Shown here: one piece after another, positions 1 to 12,124 of the stretch
Layout of the letters: every line of letters starts with the position of its first letter
Numbering within the stretch: the stretch's first letter is position 1
NCBI GenBank assembly: GCA_002269645.1
Contig: NIVC01000085.1
Coordinates: 806,001-870,000 of the forward strand
Direction of reading: 5' to 3'
From: Macrostomum lignano
Taxonomy: Eukaryota
Length of the DNA: 64,000 nt
The notes under the pieces: model-generated
Seen by the model: the letters and a program-made list of their open reading frames with translations, nothing else
Database searches by the model: none
What the model was told of the DNA's origin: nothing
Translations under genes and position numbers: made by a program

Positions 1-1407
1 ATGTACAGAATAAAGCAAACTTTTAAATAATGTTAGCCCAAAATTTTAAACTAAAATAAATAAAATTAAATTATGGGTTGGATTAGGAGTTAGTTAGTTG
101 CTGTCTTGGGATGATTTCTTTTTGCATTGCACTTCATTTGAGTATTTTGTCTTTTCTTTGTGAAGGCTTTATTTGGCTATCTTTTTGTTACTTGTAGAGA
201 ACAGAGATTCTATACAGATGTCCCCCAATGGGGGGGCGAAGATTACTAATGGAAATCTAATTTCAATCCATCACTTAGTCTTTTAAATTTGGTACCCTAT
301 TGGAATAAATGTTAAAAACCCGCGGACGTGCACTTTAGAAAAGAGTCAAACTATTTTACCGTGCTTTAGGATTATTAGAGATGTTCCAAAAGATCTGCAG
401 TTTCGTCGAAATCAAAATTTGCTAACTTTCCAAAATCAAAATTGAAATTTCCCGAAATCATAATTCAGAAAAACAAAGTTTAGTATGATCAACACTCACT
501 TTTTTACTTTCAATTTACTGCTTAAGCAAAAAGTAATACATGTATATGTAGTAGAAAGTAGTTTATTTTTAGCGACTCTTTAGACACTACCAAAATTTTC
601 ACTTCTAAATTTTTTTCTAAATTGAAATTCGCTCTAAAAAATTTCAAATTTTAGAAAATTGAAATTGAATTCTCAGAACATCTCTAAGCTTAATAAATTA
701 CGAGTGTATAAGCCCCTTCAACAGGAAAGAATGGTCGAAAGAATCTAGTTATTAACTTTAGCAGTTTGAACCTAACCCCCAGAAATCGACATTTATCCCC
801 ACAACAACCTGAAATTATCCCTTCATCTAATCTTGCACAATAGACTGCAGTCATTCCTTAGCAGCCGGCATTCATCATCCACTTTTCATTCTACAACTTT
901 TATTAAAATGAAGCATGTATACCCTCAGCGGCATAGAATTGTCCCCTTAGCAAAAATATTTCACTTAGCAGCCCACGGTAATCCCCTCAACAACTTGTAC
1001 TTAATTTCCACAGTTATTATCTACTCAAAACTCAATAGTTAGTTATTAGCCTCAGAAGTCTGCCATTTTCTCCCAATTAGTTGGCAGTTTTCCCTCTCAG
1101 CAGTCTGCTGCTATATGCTCATAAGCAATACCTTCAGTAGTTTCTTTTTCAGAACCGTCTGCAGTTTAGCAATTTCATAATTTCATGAAACTATGCCATA
1201 TACCCATTGATGGGATCAGTACACTCGTAATACATGTACTCAAAGCAATTTTTACAAATCAAATTTGCTTAGCAACTTGTGCCAAATAGCAAAAATAGTT
1301 CATTAAGTTATAACTAATATAACCAATCCGCCTTGTTAATTAAGCAAAAAACTTCCAATTAGTCGAAGCGCAAGCTAAAATGAAATAATTAGTTCAATTT
1401 TAATTGT

Positions 1408-1488
1408 CCGCTGCGAGGCAGACTCGAACCTGGGACCTTACACTTATCCTAAACCTGTTCCTAGTGCCTACAGTGCGGCTACTCCGCC
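1408..1488 (-). mobile_element. tRNA-derived SINE-like head / tRNA pseudogene
   Basis: Minus strand reads GGCGGAGTAGCCGCACTGTAGG...GGTCCCAGGTTCGAGTCTGCC: a degenerate A-box and a canonical B-box (GGTTCGAGTC) at tRNA-like spacing. No convincing full cloverleaf. Confidence 0.4.
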
Positions 1489-1944
1489 TATTGATCGGAG
1501 GGTGACAAAATCAGCCATATATGCTTTGGCACTGCAGTCAAATACACAGCAGTGATAGGCTGCTCAGTGCACGGGTTGCATGCAGGCAGAGCCAATTCTC
1601 AGTTAAGTGAAATCTATAAATTAGATTTAAGTCTGGAGGAACTACTTTACAGTCTGCAGTTTGTCCCCTTTGCAGACTTCAATGATCCCTTTGACAATAT
1701 GCAGTTCCCCTCAGCAATCTGCAGTCATTTCATTTGCAGTCTACAACTGTTTCATTAACAATTCTCACTTATCCCCTCAGCACTCTCTGCAGTTCTTCCT
1801 TTAGCATTGAAGCAGATACAAGAAATTTTAACTGTCTTCTTTCCAGACAATTTTGCATCTTTTGGCGAAAATGCGATCAAAATCGGTCAAGAATTGCAAT
1901 CTCTGGAGCGTTATGGACATTCAAGCATACAAACAAATATGAGA

Positions 1945-2330
1945 GATATAGTATATTTAGATTGAATAGATTAGATAGAAGATAGAAGATTAAATCTCTA
2001 ATCTAATCTTAGATCTAATCTAATCTATTCAGATTAGATTTTGAATCTTTAAGCAAAAACACGATCAAAATCGGTCAAGAATTGCAATCTCTAGGGCGTT
2101 ATTGACATACATACCTTAGAGACTTAGTATATTTAGATATATTAGAAAGATAGAAGATAGATAGATAGAAGATTAGATTAGATTAGAAGATTAGAAGAAG
2201 AAAGATAGATTAGATAGATAGAAGATAGATACATAGAAGAAAGATTAGATAGAGATTTAGTATATTAGATTTAGTATATTTAGAAGATTAGAAGATGTAT
2301 GGATGGAATGGAGGATAGATGGATTTTTGT
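1945..2330. repeat. Low-complexity TAGAT/AGAAG simple repeat
   Basis: Reiterated tagat/gataga/agaag units, directly visible. Confidence 0.8.
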
Positions 2331-2537
2331 CTATAGTAAAGAAATGCAAAATTATTTTGAAAATATTACCATTGAAAGATAAATAATTGCTTAAAAGTTA
2401 TAAAAAGTCATCCAAGAGTAAATTTATGCTTTACTTTCTATTAACTCAAGTATGAATGAACTAAATAGAAATCCTATTCTTTAGTCTATTTAACTTCACT
2501 TTCAGCACTAGCCACAGCACCAGAATCCCTAGTTACC

Positions 2538-4586
2538 ATGGCAACCACCAAGTTGATTAGATCTGCCCGCAACGATGCTCATCGCAAGGGCCCAGGCTCC
2601 GCCCCCGACAAGCCCACAGATCTGGAGCTGCAAGTGGCCCAGACTCTGATGGATCTGCAGCAGAATTCCGATCTGAAGAGCATGCTCCGCGAACTGCATA
2701 TCACTGGTGAGCTCTGCAGTGCTTAAGTATTGTATTCTGCCAGTAGTGTTGAATGCCCAATCCGCCCTCTAGAATCGCCCAATCTGCCCCCTTGAATTCC
2801 TCAATCCGCCCCCTAGAATCATCAATCCGCCCCTCCCCCTAGAATCGCCCAATCTGCCCCCTTGAATTCCTCAATCCGCCCCCTAGAATCATCAATCCGC
2901 CCCTCCCCCTAGAATCGCCCAATCTGCCCCCTTGAATTCCTCAATCCGCCCCCTAGAATCATCAATCCGCCCCTCCCCTAGAATCGCCCAATCTGCCCCC
3001 TTGAATTCCTCAATCCGCCCCCTTGAATTCCTCAATCCGCCCCCTAGAATCATCAATCCGCCCCTCCCCCTAGAATCGCCCAATCCACCCTTAGAATCGC
3101 TCAATCCGCTCCCTAATTATCGCCCGATCCGCCCCCAGGATTTTCTCAATCCCCCCTTGAATTTCACAATCCGCTCCCTAAAATCTGCCCAATCCGCCTC
3201 GTAGAATTGCCCAATCCGCCCCCTAGAATCGCCCAATCCGCCCTCTAGAATCGCCCAATCCGCCCCTCTAGAATCGCCCAATCCGCCCTCTAGAATCGCC
3301 CAATCCGCCCCTCTAGAATCGCCCAATCCGCCCCCCCTAGAATCGCCCAATCCGCCCTCTAGAATCGCCCAATCCGCCCCCCTAGAATCGCCCCCTCCGC
3401 TTCCCTAGAATCGCCCAATCCACCCCCTAGAATCGCCCAATCCGCCCCCCTAGAATCGCCCCCTCCGCTTCCCTAGAATCGCCCAATCCGCCCCCTAGAA
3501 TCGCCCAAACCGCCCTCTAGAATCGCCTAATCCGCCCCTCTAGAATCGCCCAATCCGCCTCCCCCCCCCCTAGAATCGCCCAATCCGCCCTCTAGAATCG
3601 CCCAATCCGCCCTCTAGAATCGCCCAATCCGCCCCTCTAGAATCGCCCAATCCGCCCTCTAGAATCGCCCAATCCGCCCCCTAGAATCGCCCAATCCGCC
3701 CCTCTAGAATCGCCCAATCCGCCCCTCTAGAATCGCCCAATCCGCCCCCCCCCTAGAATCGCCCAATCCGGCCTCTAGAATCGCCCCCTCCGCCCCCTAG
3801 AATCGCCCAATCCGCCTTCTAGAATCGCCCAATCCGCCCTCTAGAATCGCCCAATCCGCCCTCTAGAATCGCCCAATCCGCCCTCTAGAATCGCCCAATC
3901 CGCCCCCCTCTAGAATCGCCCAATCCGCCCCCCCCTAGAATCGCCCCCTCCGCCCCTAGAATCGCCCAAATTGCCCCAGATCCTCTCCATAGTGAGAGCT
4001 TAAGCCAACCTCGTCCCGCCGAACTGCGCAGGCGCCAAGGAGGTGGAGGTGTCGGGCGGCAAGAAGTGCATCATCCTGCTGGTGCCGGTGCCGCAGCTGC
4101 GCGCCTACCAGAAGATCCACGTGCGGCTGGTGCGCGAGCTGGAGAAGAAGTACTCCGGCAAGCACGTGGTAATCGTTGCCGAACGCCGCATCCTGCCGAA
4201 AGAGTCGCCGAAATCGAAGATCCACCAGAAGCAGAAGCGGCCGCGCTCGCGCACCCTGACCGCCGTGCACGACGCCGTGCTGAACGATCTGGTCTTCCCG
4301 GCCGAGATTGTCGGCAAGCGGACCCGGGTTCGCGTCGACGGATCCCAGCTGATGAAGGTGAGAGGCTGCCTGGTTGCTTGGTTAGTCGCAGTGTCTACTC
4401 ACAGTAGCCAGTAAAGTAAGTAGTATTTGTTACCTAATATTTTATGGATATTAAATATTGTTCCAGGTGCACCTGGACCGGGCCAACCAGACAGCTGTGG
4501 ATCACAAGTTGGACACCTTCGTGTCTGTCTATCGCAGCCTTACTGGCAAGCAGGTGATCTTTGAATTCCCAGACTACACCATGTGA
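2538..4586 (+). CDS. RPS7: 40S ribosomal protein S7 (eS7), 3 exons, 204 aa
   Basis: Exons 2538-2706, 4032-4357 and 4467-4586 join in frame through GT-AG introns. Translation includes [52 protein letters not shown] and [11 protein letters not shown], all hallmark eS7 motifs. AATAAA at 4688. Confidence 0.97.
2750..3975. repeat. C-rich minisatellite (~21 bp, CTAGAATCGCCCAATCCGCCC) filling RPS7 intron 1
   Basis: Visible tandem units, with a 70-bp higher-order repeat recurring at 2821, 2891 and 2961. Confidence 0.95.
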
Positions 4587-4864
4587 GCTGGAGTGGAGTT
4601 TAGCAAACTGTCTTGTTCGTGACCATAGCCTGTCGCAGTCTGAGAGAGACGCACTGAAAATAGTGATTGAAATAATTAAAGGCGTCAAATAAAACATGAA
4701 TAATTAATTCGCTCTGAACAACCCCCGATCGGTTCAGTTTGACTGGTGCAACGTCAGATTGTTGAGACGTTTCTGGATGAAAAATATTGCTTTCGTTAAT
4801 GCAAATTTTGTCTTTGATTTATTTAACAACTGCGCTGCTGCGTATGCGTCAGTTAAAGATGTAG

Positions 4865-5035
4865 CAGATAGAATAGAACAGCCACGATGGGATAGAATGG
4901 ATAGAACAGCTGATAAAATGGATAGAACAGCTGATAGAATGGATAGAACATCTGATAGAATAGATAGAACAGCCATGATGGGATAGAATGGATAGACCAG
5001 CCATGATGGGATAGAATGGATAGAACAGCCATGAA
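4865..5035. repeat. Short minisatellite (GATAGAATGGATAGAACAGC-type)
   Basis: About 8 degenerate units of ~20 bp. Confidence 0.85.
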
Positions 5036-5388
5036 TGTCATGTGAGATAGAATAAGTTACCGTCATGCAAGGCGAAGGCGCACCTGCGCATCTCAAGGAT
5101 ACTGTAATCTCTGTTGAGAAGAAAATCTGTGCCATTGGAGCTGCAGGAGGCGCGGGTAGGGCAGGAGCTGCATGTCTTCAGCCCTGTGTGGAGCGGTCTC
5201 AAGTTTCAGTTTTTCTTTGTCTTGCCAGTCTCGAATTCTTCATCAACTTTTGACGAAAGAAGAAATAATTTGGCTCTCCGCACCTGCGTCTAAATAATTG
5301 CTTTTGCACAAATCCAGTTGGGATTTCTGATACGATTGGGGAGAAAATCGTTGGATATAGCTTGCGCGCGGCGTGGAGAAATCATGAT

Positions 5389-5678
5389 GGTAGTTCTCAG
5401 ATGGGAATTGTGCAACTCTGATCTTGGTAGTTCTCAGATGGGAATTGTGCAACTCTGATCTTGGTAGTTCTCAGATGGGAATTGTGCAACTCTGATCTTG
5501 GTAGTTCTCAGATGGGAATTGTGCAACTCTGATCTTGGTAGTTCTCAGATGGGAATTGTGCAACTCTGATCTTGGTAGTTCTCAGATGGGAATTGTGCAA
5601 CTCTGATCTTGGTAGTTCTCAGATGGGAATTGTGCAACTCTGATCTTGGTAGTTCTCAGATGGGAATTGTGCAACTCT
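5389..5678. repeat. 37-bp tandem repeat, ~8 near-identical copies
   Basis: Unit GGTAGTTCTCAGATGGGAATTGTGCAACTCTGATCTT, contiguous with no spacers. Confidence 0.95.
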
Positions 5679-6106
5679 GCTTCTCTAGTCTGTAAAGGTC
5701 TGCTAACATATAAGCTTTGAGAAATAAGGTCACCTTCTCACTAAGCTGGATTGGATAATTGCTCTAATAGGTCATTATAGGCGCGGCAGCTCGCTTATAA
5801 AAGGCGGCCTGGTTTTCTCTTTCAGAGGAAAAGCCACTAGCCGGTTTGCCTTTTTGCGTCTTAGTTTTGATCTGTTGTTAGCGGCTAAGCATTAAAGTGA
5901 CTTTCGGAAGGTGCTCTGCATGTAACTGAACTTCAGATTTAATGACCTGAAATCGTCGTAGAAGACCCACGCACTCGAATCTTTGCAGACGTTTTTTTAA
6001 CTTTCGGCGCAAATATTGAATTCAGCAATTGGGCAGGTGGTTCGATGCCGATTGAGGCTTTGGCTTCATCCGACGGATGTCGGAATGGTCTTCGTGTATC
6101 ACAACA

Positions 6107-7225
6107 GTGACAGAGAAAAGAAGAAAGTGACAGAGAAAAGAAGAAAGTGACAGAGAACAGAAGGAGAGTGACAGAGAAAAAAAGAAAGTGACAGAGAAAA
6201 GAAGAAAGTGACAGAAAACAGAAGGAGAGTGACAGAGAAAAGAAGAAAGTGACAGAGAAAAGAAGAAAGTGACAGAGAACAGAAGGAGAGTGACAGAGAA
6301 AAGAAGAAAGTGACAGAGAAAAGAAGAAAGTGACAGAGAACAGAAGGAGAGTGACAGACAGAGAGAATAGTGAAGAGTGACAGACAACAGGAATAGTGAC
6401 AGACAACAGAAATAGTGACAAGAAAAGAGTGACAGACCGCAGGAATGGTGACAAGTAAAGAGCGACAGACAACAGGAATAGTGGCAGGGAAAAAGTGACA
6501 GACCGCAGGAATGGTGACAAGTAAAGAGTGACAGACAACAGGAATAGTGGCAGGGAAAAAGTGACAGACCGCAGGAATGGTGACAAGTAAAGAGTGACAG
6601 ACAACAGGAATAGTGGCAGGGAAAAAGTGACAGACCGCAGGAATGGTGACAAGTAAAGAGTGACAGACAACAGGAATAGTGGCAGGGAAAAAGTGACAGA
6701 CAACAGAAATAGTGACAGGGAAAGAGTGACAGACAACAGGAATAGTGGCAGGGAAAAAGTGACAGACAACAGAAATAGTGACAGGGAAAGAGTGACAGAC
6801 AACAGGAATAGTGGCAGGGAAAAAGTGACAGACAACAGGAATAGTGACAGGGAAAGAGTGACAGACAACAGGAATAGTGGCAGGGAAAGTGACAGACAAC
6901 AGGAATAGCGACAGCAAAAAGTGAAAGATAACAGAAATAGTGATAAGGAAAGAGTGACAGAGAACAGGAAGAGTGATAGAGAACACTAAAAGAGTGACAG
7001 AGAACAGGAAGAGATGATAGAGAACACTAAGAGAGTGACTGAGAACAGGAAGAGTGATAGAGAACACTAAAAGAGTGACAGAGAACAGGAAGAGATGATA
7101 GAGAACACTAAGAGAGTGACTGAGAACTGGAAGAGTGATAGAGAACACTAAGAGAGTGACAGATAACAGGAAGAGATGATAGAGAACACTAAGAGAGTGA
7201 CTGAGAACAGGGAGAGAGTGACGGA
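6107..7225. repeat. Purine-rich compound minisatellite (GTGACAGAGAA / GTGACAGACAACAGG / GAGAACACTAA blocks)
   Basis: Three successive unit types; explains the overlapping long low-complexity ORFs. Confidence 0.9.
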
Positions 7226-7821
7226 GAGCAGAGTGGATGGCTGGTAGGGCATCAGAGCTGCACCCAGAGTACAGGAGAGGAAGCAGATGGCGCAGGATGC
7301 AGATAGAGACGAGAAAAGCAGGTCTCACGAAAAGGTGCGCCACACCTCCTGCCACGCAGACATCAGGTGTCTCAATGGCAGCACTAATTGTTCCTGGTTA
7401 TTATATACGTAGGAGAATATAAGCCTACGTTAAACAGACTTTTGCAAATTGAAAAATATTGACTGGCGCATGTAACCGATGCAGCCGAGTAGAGCAAACA
7501 TTTTCCTCCTGTATTCTTTGTCGATTTTCTAACTGGTTAATCCAGTTTTCATTGCCAGGTTTGTCCCCTAAATATTTTAAATAAAGCGGCTTATTCGCTG
7601 TCAACCTTGTTTAAGATTTCCCAGCAATAAATCATCTTCTGATATCCCCTTAGCTGGCCAATTTGCTCATTTTAGAACGCAGAAAAACAAATCTCAGCTC
7701 GGATTTAGTAAATTGGACTAGCAATCAGTGCCCCCCATTGGGGAGCCAACAAAAAGTTTATACAATTTTTTGATTAAACTACATGTAGGTTCTGACCTTT
7801 GCCTTGACATCTCAGCTATTC

Positions 7822-8060
7822 GCCAACCCTCGCCCTTATCTAACCCCAATCCTCGCCCTTATCTAACCCCAATCCTCACCCTTATTCAAACCCAATCTTC
7901 GCCCTTATCCAACCCAATCCTCGCCCTTATCTAATCTCAATACTCGCCCTTATCTAACCCCAATCCTCGCTTTTATCTAACCCCAATCCTCGCCCTTATC
8001 TAACCCCAATCCTCGCCCTTATCTAATCCCAATCCTCGCCCTTATCTAACCCTAATCATA
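7822..8060. repeat. 23-bp minisatellite (CCTCGCCCTTATCTAACCCCAAT)
   Basis: About 10 tandem units. Confidence 0.9.
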
Positions 8061-8429
8061 TCTTTTATCTAACCCAAATTCTCACCAGACTAACTTTTTA
8101 CCTTGGAAAATGATTTTACAAGTAAAGGGGCAAATTTTTAGCATAATCTGTGTATTTGGTTTTTCCCGTCGATATTCGAACAAAGAAGGTATTCGGTCTA
8201 CCCGTGAGTCCGTGTGTATTTATAAAAACGAGGCGAAAGAGACGTCGAAGAGACATTTTATTTTTTCAGTTTTTGGAGACTCGCTTTCGTTGGCCGATTC
8301 CGATGGAAAAAATCCTGCATGTGCTCAGGAGTCAGTGGAATGGCCAGAGCTGCCGTCAGCGCTGGTTGTTGGGCGATGTCGCCGGCGTTGCTCCAGGCTG
8401 CCCGCAACTCTTCGGTAACCCATAGTACC

Positions 8430-8875
8430 GATTTTTGGTTGCTATGGGGTTTCTTGAGCAAGGGTTTGGTTGCTATGGGGTTTTTTGAGTAGTTTTGGTT
8501 GCTATTGGATTTTCTTTGAGTAGGTTTGGTAGCTTTGGGTTTGGCTTGAGTAGGTTTGGTTGCTATGGGGTTTCTTTGAGTAGTCTTGGTTGCTATGGCG
8601 TTTTCTTTGAATAGGTTTGGTTGCTATGGGGTTTTCTTCGAGTAGGTTTGGTTGCTATGGGGTTTTCTTCGAGTAGGTTTGGTTGCTATTTCTTTTCTTT
8701 AAGTAGGTTTGGTTGCTATGGTGTTGGCTTGAGTAAGTTTGGTAGCTTTGGGTTTTCTTTGAATAGGTTTGGTTGCTATGGGGTTTCTTCGAGTAGGTTT
8801 GGTTGCTATTTCTTTTCTTTAAGTAGGTTTGGTTGCTATGGGGTTTCCTTGAGTAAGTTTGGTTGCTATCGTGTC
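8430..8875. repeat. ~31-bp minisatellite with GGTTGCTATGG core
   Basis: Tandem TTTGGTTGCTATGGGGTTTCTTGAGTAGG-type units. Confidence 0.9.
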
Positions 8876-9899
8876 TCTGTGATGTTTTATTTTGAGTTTT
8901 ATTTGGAGATAATAACCTTAGGAACCTCGGTTTGCCATAGGGTTGTGTTTAAACAGCATAAAGTGTTGAAGCGGCTCCACATAGAATGGAATGAACTTAA
9001 AAATACGACTCAACTGACGGATCGACACTTCCGCTAGTCCGTGAATAAGTTTTAAAGAGGGTAATAATTAATCCCATTAATTTATGCTGTGCTTTTCCCA
9101 AATCCCTCATCAAGTCCGCCATCTGCATGCTGGGATTTTGGCACCTCTGCGCTGAAGAGCTGGTGAAGTTCGAGACCTGGCAGCCGAGAAGGGCCTGGAG
9201 GCGCGGCGGTCGCCATGACCGACGGGGCGCCGTGCCGCGGCGGCGGTGGCGCGGGCTCACGTCATCAGCTCAAGAGCTCTGCGACCGCTGCTGGCAAACA
9301 GAAGGGAGAGGAAGAGAGAGGGAGAGAGAAGACTGCAAGGAGAAAAATGATAGAGGCAGGGATACTGGAGTTCCATAAAAGAGATCGCCGGCAGAAGTAG
9401 GAAGTCATGTGAAGCAAATCCCTGATACACAGCAGCGTGTGCAGAACTAGGCTGCGCCCTGACTGACAGTTGAACTCAGAACTCCAAACATGCGGCGTGT
9501 CCGCAGGTGAAGTCCTGACTAACCGGTCAATATCAGCTGACGAAGACGAAGATTGACAGCTCAGAAACCAGTGCTGATCTCATTGAAGACGCTCACGCGG
9601 AGGGAAAAAACTGATGCACCACTCCATCATTGAATCGCAACTGCCAGTACAATTTAGGCTGCGCTTGAAACAAAGATGATTGATGATTTCCATTTCTCTC
9701 GCCAGGTGCTACAAACTGCGGCCAGGTGTCTGACCACCTCGCCGCTGCCCGCTAGGCCGACTGCCCAAGTGCTGCTGCCGCTCCGCCAGCCACCTCGCCA
9801 AGGACTGCCCGATGGGCGGCTCCGTCACCGCCACAGCTGCACCGCTTGCGGCTGCTGTGCAAGGGAAATGACTTTAACGGATGAACAGTCACTGATATG

Positions 9900-9970
9900 C
9901 ACAGACAGAAAGACAGACAGACAGACAGACAGACAGACACACACACACACACACAGACAGACGCACAGAA

Positions 9971-10014
<44 letters not shown>

Positions 10015-10020
10015 TGACAC

Positions 10021-10061
<41 letters not shown>

Positions 10062-10076
10062 AAGACGCACAGACAC

Positions 10077-10111
<35 letters not shown>

Positions 10112-10186
10112 CTCAAACAGACACAGACAGACAGACAGACACTCAAACAGACACAGACAGACAGACAGACAGACACTCAAACAGAC

Positions 10187-10217
<31 letters not shown>

Positions 10218-10228
10218 CTCAAACAGAC

Positions 10229-10259
<31 letters not shown>

Positions 10260-10334
10260 CTCAAACAGACACAGACAGACAGACAGACACTCAAACAGAC
10301 ACAGACAGACAGACAGACAGACACTCAAACAGAC

Positions 10335-10365
<31 letters not shown>

Positions 10366-10432
10366 CTCAAACAGACACAGACAGACAAACAGACAGACAC
10401 TCAAACAGACACAGACAGACAGACAGACACAC
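9900..10432. repeat. (CAGA)n microsatellite with CACTCAAA interruptions
   Basis: Directly visible. Confidence 0.97.
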
Positions 10433-10887
10433 AGCTTAGCTACCTCAGCACGCAGCAGTCACTGCACCCCCAGTTATACTTACATGTGATTCAAACACAA
10501 GTCAAGACTCCAGTAAGCCAGGCCTCTCAATATCCCAAGAGAAACTGAGCCTGGAGGCTCGAAAGGCTTTGGTTTGCGCGAGTTCGCACCGCACTAGCTA
10601 ATTTTACGAGCGCTACTCCGCAAAAATATTTGTTCATGTAGGAAGCCCCCAGCGGGAGAACATGCAGTAATGAGTTGTTTTATTACGCTCGTAAGCTTTT
10701 CCCGGTTCAAACAATTATAAAATTCTTTACCTTTCTAAGTACCTGCTTACAAAACCAATAGTAACGATTCTTTGAGGTAAATTTTTATTTCAATAACAAT
10801 CTATCTGAAGTTTATTTTGCTTATTTTGTACTGTGGTTTGACTGATTTCTGAGTTGTGGTCAAAGGGGAATGAAAGATTTAAAGTGG

Positions 10888-11662
10888 ACCCCACACTGCA
10901 CACCCCAGCTCCCCATTGCACACCCCACTGCACGCACCACTGGCACCAGCAACCCATTGCACACCCCACTGCACGCACCACTGGCACGAGCAACCCATTG
11001 CACACCTCACTGCACGCACCACTGGCACCAGCAACCCATTGCACACCTCACTGCACGCACCACTGGCACCAGCAACCCATTGCACACCTCACTGCACGCA
11101 CCACTGGCACCAGCAACCCATTGCATACCTCACTGCACGCCCCAGCACCCCATTGCACATCCCAGCACCCCACTGCACGCTCCAGCACCCCACTGCACAC
11201 CCCAGCTCCCCATTGCACACCCCACTGCACGCACCACTGGCACCAGCAACCCATTGCACGCCCCAGCACCCCATTGCACATCCCAGCACCCCACTGCACG
11301 CCCCAGCACCCCATTGCACATCCCAGCACCCCACTGCACGCCCCAGCACCCCATTGCACATCCCAGCACCCCACTGCACGCCCAGCACCCCACTGCACAC
11401 CCCAGCTCCCCATTGCACACCCCACTGCACGCACCACTGGCCCCAGCAACCCATTGCACACCCCAGCACCCCACTGCACACCCCATCACCCCACTGCACA
11501 CCCCATCACCCCACTGCACACCCCATCACCCCACTGCACACCCCATCACCCCACTGCACGCCCCAGCACCCCACTGCACACCCCAGCACCCCACTGCACA
11601 TCCCAGCACCCCCCTGCACACCCCATCACCCCACTGCACGCCCCAGCACCCCACTGCACATC
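10888..11662. repeat. C/A-rich compound minisatellite (GCACCCCACTGCACA core)
   Basis: Tandem variants; source of the His/Pro-rich spurious ORFs. Confidence 0.93.
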
Positions 11663-12124
11663 TCAACAGCCTACCGCGCACCTGTAAGTAAAAATTCAGA
11701 GACAGCAAGAGGAGACGCAAGAGCAGCTCGCCAATTTCAATGAAACAACATCGGCCTACAAGTAAAAAAATGTTACAGAACAAGTATGAGGTTAATAGCA
11801 CTGTCATATTTATTATATATATATGCTTTTGTAGCGGTATAGCTAGTTTGCATAATAAACTCATTAGCTATGATTAACGTTGCTTAAATATCAAACAAAA
11901 TTGAGGGTTATGGATGCGATTAACGACTAGATGTGATTTACTGACAAGATTGCATTTTTATTTAGGAGCAGTTGCTACATAAAATGTTATACAGTGTCAC
12001 ATTCTGCGGTGCTGTCTAAAGATACTTTAGAACTACTGTATGAGTGTAAACAAATTGTCATCTAATGGACTACTCCTGACGTCACTCTCGGCCAGCACGG
12101 ATAAATAACGAGTCAGAGAGATAG

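Larger units (their letters stand above)
6032..9871 (+). pseudogene. LIN28: Lin-28-like pseudogene (cold-shock domain plus two CCHC knuckles), three decayed exons
   Basis: 6032-6102 reads GRWFDAD*GFGFI..VFVYH (CSD RNP1/RNP2, with a TGA stop and a frameshift). From 9115, after an AG, it reads SAICMLGFWHLCAEELVKFE..AEKGLEARR..DGAPCRG (second half of the CSD, frameshifted). From 9706, after a pyrimidine tract and CAG, it reads CY(N)[31 protein letters not shown]..stop at 9871 (two knuckles, two frameshifts). Intron positions match those I recall for Lin-28 (after VHQ, and before RCYNC). Confidence 0.8.

Noticed and set aside
1408-1488. Functional tRNA gene (also 29156-29230)
   Set aside because: Promoter boxes are present, but I could not fold a complete cloverleaf; kept only as SINE-like heads.
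5389-5678. 37-bp direct repeats of CRISPR-like length
   Set aside because: Units are contiguous with no unique spacers, no cas genes are present, and the context is eukaryotic.
5939-7355. 309- and 418-aa ORFs, and likewise those at 9752-10439, 10854-11743, 31928-33169 and 55741-56702
   Set aside because: All are translations of micro- or minisatellites. The 31928 ORF is an intron read through.
7822-8060. Telomere-like TAACCC/GGGTTAG words here and at 12125-12950
   Set aside because: Only partial words inside longer minisatellite units; no (TTAGGG)n run.
8269-8415. Exon-like segment (TTTCAG...GTAACC) inside the Lin-28 locus
   Set aside because: No frame resembles Lin-28 or any family I recognise, so it is left unassigned.
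12077-12084. TGACGTCA CRE palindrome
   Set aside because: A single 8-mer is expected by chance in 64 kb, and no linked TSS was identified.
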